DNA from: an uncultured Dehalococcoidales bacterium | Lineage (GTDB): Bacteria; Chloroflexota; Dehalococcoidia; GIF9; AB-539-J10 | Length of the DNA stretch: 37,742 nucleotides | Reading direction: 5' to 3' | Assembly (NCBI GenBank): GCA_964594245.1 | Contig: CAZQML010000191.1 | Coordinates: 1 to 37,742, forward strand | Shown here: positions 35,011 to 37,742 of the stretch, in pieces | Numbering within the stretch: position 1 is the stretch's first letter | Layout: each line of letters starts with the position of its first letter | Translations under genes and position numbers: made by a program | The notes under the pieces: generated by a model | What the model saw: only the letters and a program-made list of their open reading frames with translations | What the model was told of the DNA's origin: nothing | The model's database searches: none

Positions 35011-35919
35011 CTACCGGCCGGCCCGCAACGCACGTGCACGCTGGAAGCCGATGAACGAGTACGCTCCCGGGGCCACGCGTTCGATACAGGCGAACGGCCG
35101 CATCTGCTCACCGGGGCGTCCAATGTCGGCATCGCGTAGTGTTAATTCACTTTCCAGGGCTCCGGGCAGGTTGTAGGCTTCCGGCATGAGTTCGTCGCGC
35201 AGTATCTGGACCATGTCCTCCAAACCGAATAGCTTGCGTCCTCTGGACGTCAGAACGAGACTCGCAATGTATGGTCCCCACTGCCTGAAAGCGTAGGTCT
35301 CCGCGAAGACGGCCTCTTCCTCCGGGTCGGTGATGTAGGCTTCTCCCAGCCTTCGCTTCGCCTGCGCTACGATATTCGGGCTTTCCGGCGGAGGACCGAG
35401 TGTGGTGTCAGCGGGCATGGCCGGAGCCGCCCGCTCATGGGACCCGTTCGGCCCGGAGTCGGCATCGCGCGCCTGTCCGGCGCCGATCTCCCTGAGCCGT
35501 TCCATGACCCAGAGGCGCGCCAGCGTTTGGGGCGATTCATCAAGGTCTCTGGCCAGGCGCCGTAGCTGTTCCGCCCTTGCCAATGGTAGCTCGATGCGTA
35601 GCAGGGCGGAATCCGGTCCAGCTCCCGCCTCGAAAGCGCCGTCTAGCTCAGTGCTCTTCGAGGAGTCTTTCTCGCCGGTCTTGCCCACCATCCCGAGAAT
35701 ACTTCTGTACATGTACTGGTCGACATCCGGCCTTGCCGGCGCCTGGCCCCCGGGGACGGGACCCTGCCAACCAGCTGACCTCAGGCGACCGTTGTCGAGA
35801 AACTCTGGCGGGCCGTCGTAGGCACCTCGCTGTGGCTTTCTCTTACGTCGTCCTTTCTCAAACATCTCTCGCAAGCCTTTCGACGGGTTATCCCCCCAAA
35901 ATATAACAGACTGATTCAC
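35011..35919 (-). CDS. hypothetical protein with a central ribbon-helix-helix-like segment and a C-terminal winged-helix-like domain
   Basis: 302-aa ORF. LLRIELPLARAEQLRRLARDLDESPQTLARLWVMERLREI has the strand-helix-helix pattern of CopG/Arc/MetJ proteins. The C-terminus ...LFGLEDMVQILRDELMPEAYNLPGALESELTLRD....G....FACIERVAPGAYSF resembles Mrr_N / HARE-HTH type winged helices. The N-terminal 80 aa are basic and low-complexity, so the start is uncertain. Confidence 0.6.
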   Translation of the reverse strand: MNQSVIFWGDNPSKGLREMFEKGRRKRKPQRGAYDGPPEFLDNGRLRSAGWQGPVPGGQAPARPDVDQYMYRSILGMVGKTGEKDSSKSTELDGAFEAGAGPDSALLRIELPLARAEQLRRLARDLDESPQTLARLWVMERLREIGAGQARDADSGPNGSHERAAPAMPADTTLGPPPESPNIVAQAKRRLGEAYITDPEEEAVFAETYAFRQWGPYIASLVLTSRGRKLFGLEDMVQILRDELMPEAYNLPGALESELTLRDADIGRPGEQMRPFACIERVAPGAYSFIGFQRARALRAGR

Positions 35920-35961
35920 AAACTCGCATCATGCGAACGCAACACGGTCGAATTCAGACCG

Positions 35962-37368
35962 CTATTCCTCGGTGACAACCTCGGTTGAGAGTATGCGCCC
36001 CCGGGAAAGTGATGCAAAGATTCCAGCGACACAGGAGACAGTGCATACAAGGAACGTGACTCGAACAGCGGATACAAAGGCGCCGACGGGTGTTGCCCCT
36101 ACCGTAATCTCACCTACGTATGAGCCGATGACGAGGGTCGCAAGGCCCATACTGAAGACCATGCCAACCTGGCGCATCGTTGCGAGTGTGGCGGATGCCA
36201 GTCCATATTTTGGCGCCGGCACCGAAGTCATCACCGCGTTTGTGTTCGGTGAGGAGAAAAGCCCCACGCCGAGTCCAAGCACGAGAAGAGCTGTCACGAT
36301 GTACGCGATGCCGGTATCCGGTCCCAGTCGTGACATCGCAAGCAACGCAAGGGCGGTCAGTCCCATTCCCGTCGAGGCGAGGATGCGTGGCTCAATCCTG
36401 TCGGAGAGCCTGCCCGCGAGGGGCGATACGATTGCCTGGACCGCGGGCATTGAGATCAGTACGAGGCCCGCCTGTCCGGGTGAGAGACCCGAGATGACCT
36501 GCAAATAGAGGCTCAGCAGGAAGCTCGCCGCGAATGTGGCGCTGTAGTTCAGCAGCGCTGCGACATTGGACATTGCGAAGGCGGCATTCGTCCTGAACAG
36601 CACGATGTCCACCAGTGGCGTGTCAGTTCGACGCTCGACGACGATCAGAAGCGCAAGGGAGACAAGACCGGCGGCCATCAGTATAAAGCCTCTGCTCTCA
36701 GGAAGCTCGGTTGCCCCGTACATGACACCGAGAAGGAAGACTGCGTAGGCAGCCAGCCCCTTGAAGTCGAAACGCATACGAGGGTTGATGGGGTGCTGTC
36801 GAGGAAGCCAGCGCCACGCGGCCAGGAGCAAAGCGAGTCCAAGCGGAATGTTCATGAAGAACAACGCCCGCCACCCGAAAGCCTGAGTCACGATGCCGCC
36901 GATGGCGGGTCCAAGCGAGAGCCCCGAGTAGAGTGCAGCCGCGTTGATGCCGAGCGCCCTGCCGCGTTCACCCGGGCCGAATGAGTCGCTCACGATGGCC
37001 ACGGAGGTGCTGGCGAGCATCGCGCCGCCGGCGCCCTGAAGGGCACGGGAGGCAATCAACGTTGCGCCGGTGCCGGCGAGAGCGGCAAAGGTGGAGCCAA
37101 CCACATATGTCACCACTCCGGTCATCAGCAGTTGCTTTCGTCCCTTCATGTCCCCCACGCGGCCGAACGGGACGAGCAGGATGGCGGAGGTGAGCAGGAA
37201 AGACGTTGCCACCCATGCCAGTTGGACCGCGCTCATGTCGAGGTCCGCGCCGATGGTCGGGAGAGCGACATTCACAGAAGAGCCCATGAAGGGGAACAGG
37301 AAGGAAGCGAGGCAGGTCACAGCGAGCACTGCACGCTTGTCGGTTCTGGACGTCGCGTGTGTACTCAT
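35962..37368 (-). CDS. MFS transporter, 14-TM drug:H+ antiporter (DHA2/EmrB-like) type
   Basis: 468 aa with about 14 hydrophobic segments. The MFS motif A-like G.VGDMKGRK lies after TM2 and a motif C-like sequence in TM5 (GPAIGGIV). Confidence 0.9.
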   Translation of the reverse strand: MSTHATSRTDKRAVLAVTCLASFLFPFMGSSVNVALPTIGADLDMSAVQLAWVATSFLLTSAILLVPFGRVGDMKGRKQLLMTGVVTYVVGSTFAALAGTGATLIASRALQGAGGAMLASTSVAIVSDSFGPGERGRALGINAAALYSGLSLGPAIGGIVTQAFGWRALFFMNIPLGLALLLAAWRWLPRQHPINPRMRFDFKGLAAYAVFLLGVMYGATELPESRGFILMAAGLVSLALLIVVERRTDTPLVDIVLFRTNAAFAMSNVAALLNYSATFAASFLLSLYLQVISGLSPGQAGLVLISMPAVQAIVSPLAGRLSDRIEPRILASTGMGLTALALLAMSRLGPDTGIAYIVTALLVLGLGVGLFSSPNTNAVMTSVPAPKYGLASATLATMRQVGMVFSMGLATLVIGSYVGEITVGATPVGAFVSAVRVTFLVCTVSCVAGIFASLSRGRILSTEVVTEE

Positions 37369-37376
37369 GAAGGTTC

Positions 37377-37382
37377 ATTATA
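37377..37382 (-). promoter_or_regulatory. perfect TATAAT 8 nt upstream of the MFS ATG (candidate leaderless transcript)
   Basis: The minus strand reads gggcTATAATgaaccttcATG. No Shine-Dalgarno lies between the -10 and the start codon. The -35 is poor. Confidence 0.35.
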
Positions 37383-37495
37383 GCCCAGAGGCCGAGTGCC
37401 TTGTTGTCTCGACTTGGCTCGGAACAACTACGGTCGGAGACGGGCATCGGTTTGGAGAAACCGGTTGGTGCGACCTAGACTTCGGGCCTCCATGA

Positions 37496-37742
37496 ATGGC
37501 GCGAAGGGTTGGGCCGGGTCGAGTGCTCCTCGGCACATTGTGCGCAGTGCTGTTTGCGGGTGGACTTGCGGGCTGTGCGTTGTCACCAGTGACCGAAGAG
37601 GAGGAGGAACCGGAAATGACGTCCGACTTACGGCAGAAGTCCGACGATGAGGTAGTGCGCAATCGCTTGCAGTACGAATCGAGCCCGTATCTGCTTCAGC
37701 ACGCAGACAACCCCGTTGACTGGTATCCGTGGTCAGATGAGG
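37496..37742 (+). CDS. thioredoxin-domain protein of the YyaL/DUF255 type, 5-prime partial, with lipoprotein signal peptide
   Basis: The end of the window reads [28 protein letters not shown], the conserved DUF255 N-terminus. The same frame is open back to ATG 37496 and encodes [27 protein letters not shown] (lipobox LAGC) followed by an EEEEEPE linker. An internal ATG 37616 with a GAGGAGGAGGAA SD is the alternative, cytoplasmic start. Confidence 0.8.
   Translation, partial: MARRVGPGRVLLGTLCAVLFAGGLAGCALSPVTEEEEEPEMTSDLRQKSDDEVVRNRLQYESSPYLLQHADNPVDWYPWSDE

Overview
High-GC bacterial chromosomal segment, densely coding and mostly core housekeeping, largely on the minus strand. No taxon can be assigned from the sequence alone.

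Gene order, left to right:
- polar amino-acid ABC transporter (binding protein, permease, ATPase)
- a translationally coupled trio: pyruvoyl AdoMetDC-like decarboxylase, agmatinase, and a GreA-like factor with an extra N-terminal domain
- thiC, argS, recG, yloV (DAK2), with rpmB divergent
- arginine operon argJ-argB-argD-argG-argH
- a divergent three-subunit 2-oxoacid:ferredoxin oxidoreductase
- yebC-ruvC-ruvA, uvrB, pepA, a DUF362 protein, acyP, rnc
- a J-domain protein with a triplicated C-terminal repeat
- tRNA-Gln(CTG), a small membrane protein, and a thioredoxin with a long N-terminal extension
- an orphan protein with ribbon-helix-helix and winged-helix-like segments, an MFS transporter, and the 5-prime end of a YyaL/DUF255-type thioredoxin-domain protein

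The left 3.3 kb is different. It is gene-poor and visibly more AT-rich in places. It carries a 3-prime fragment of a tRNA-Pro(GGG) gene, a C-terminal remnant of an rve/DDE transposase, a SnoaL-like gene and several hundred bp with no convincing ORF. I read this as the decayed edge of an integrated element.

I found no CRISPR array, no rRNA, no intact mobile element and no recognisable defence system. The novelty candidates are unusual domain architectures and gene couplings, not a clear new multi-gene system. All calls come from reading the translations and the DNA by eye; nothing was searched against a database.
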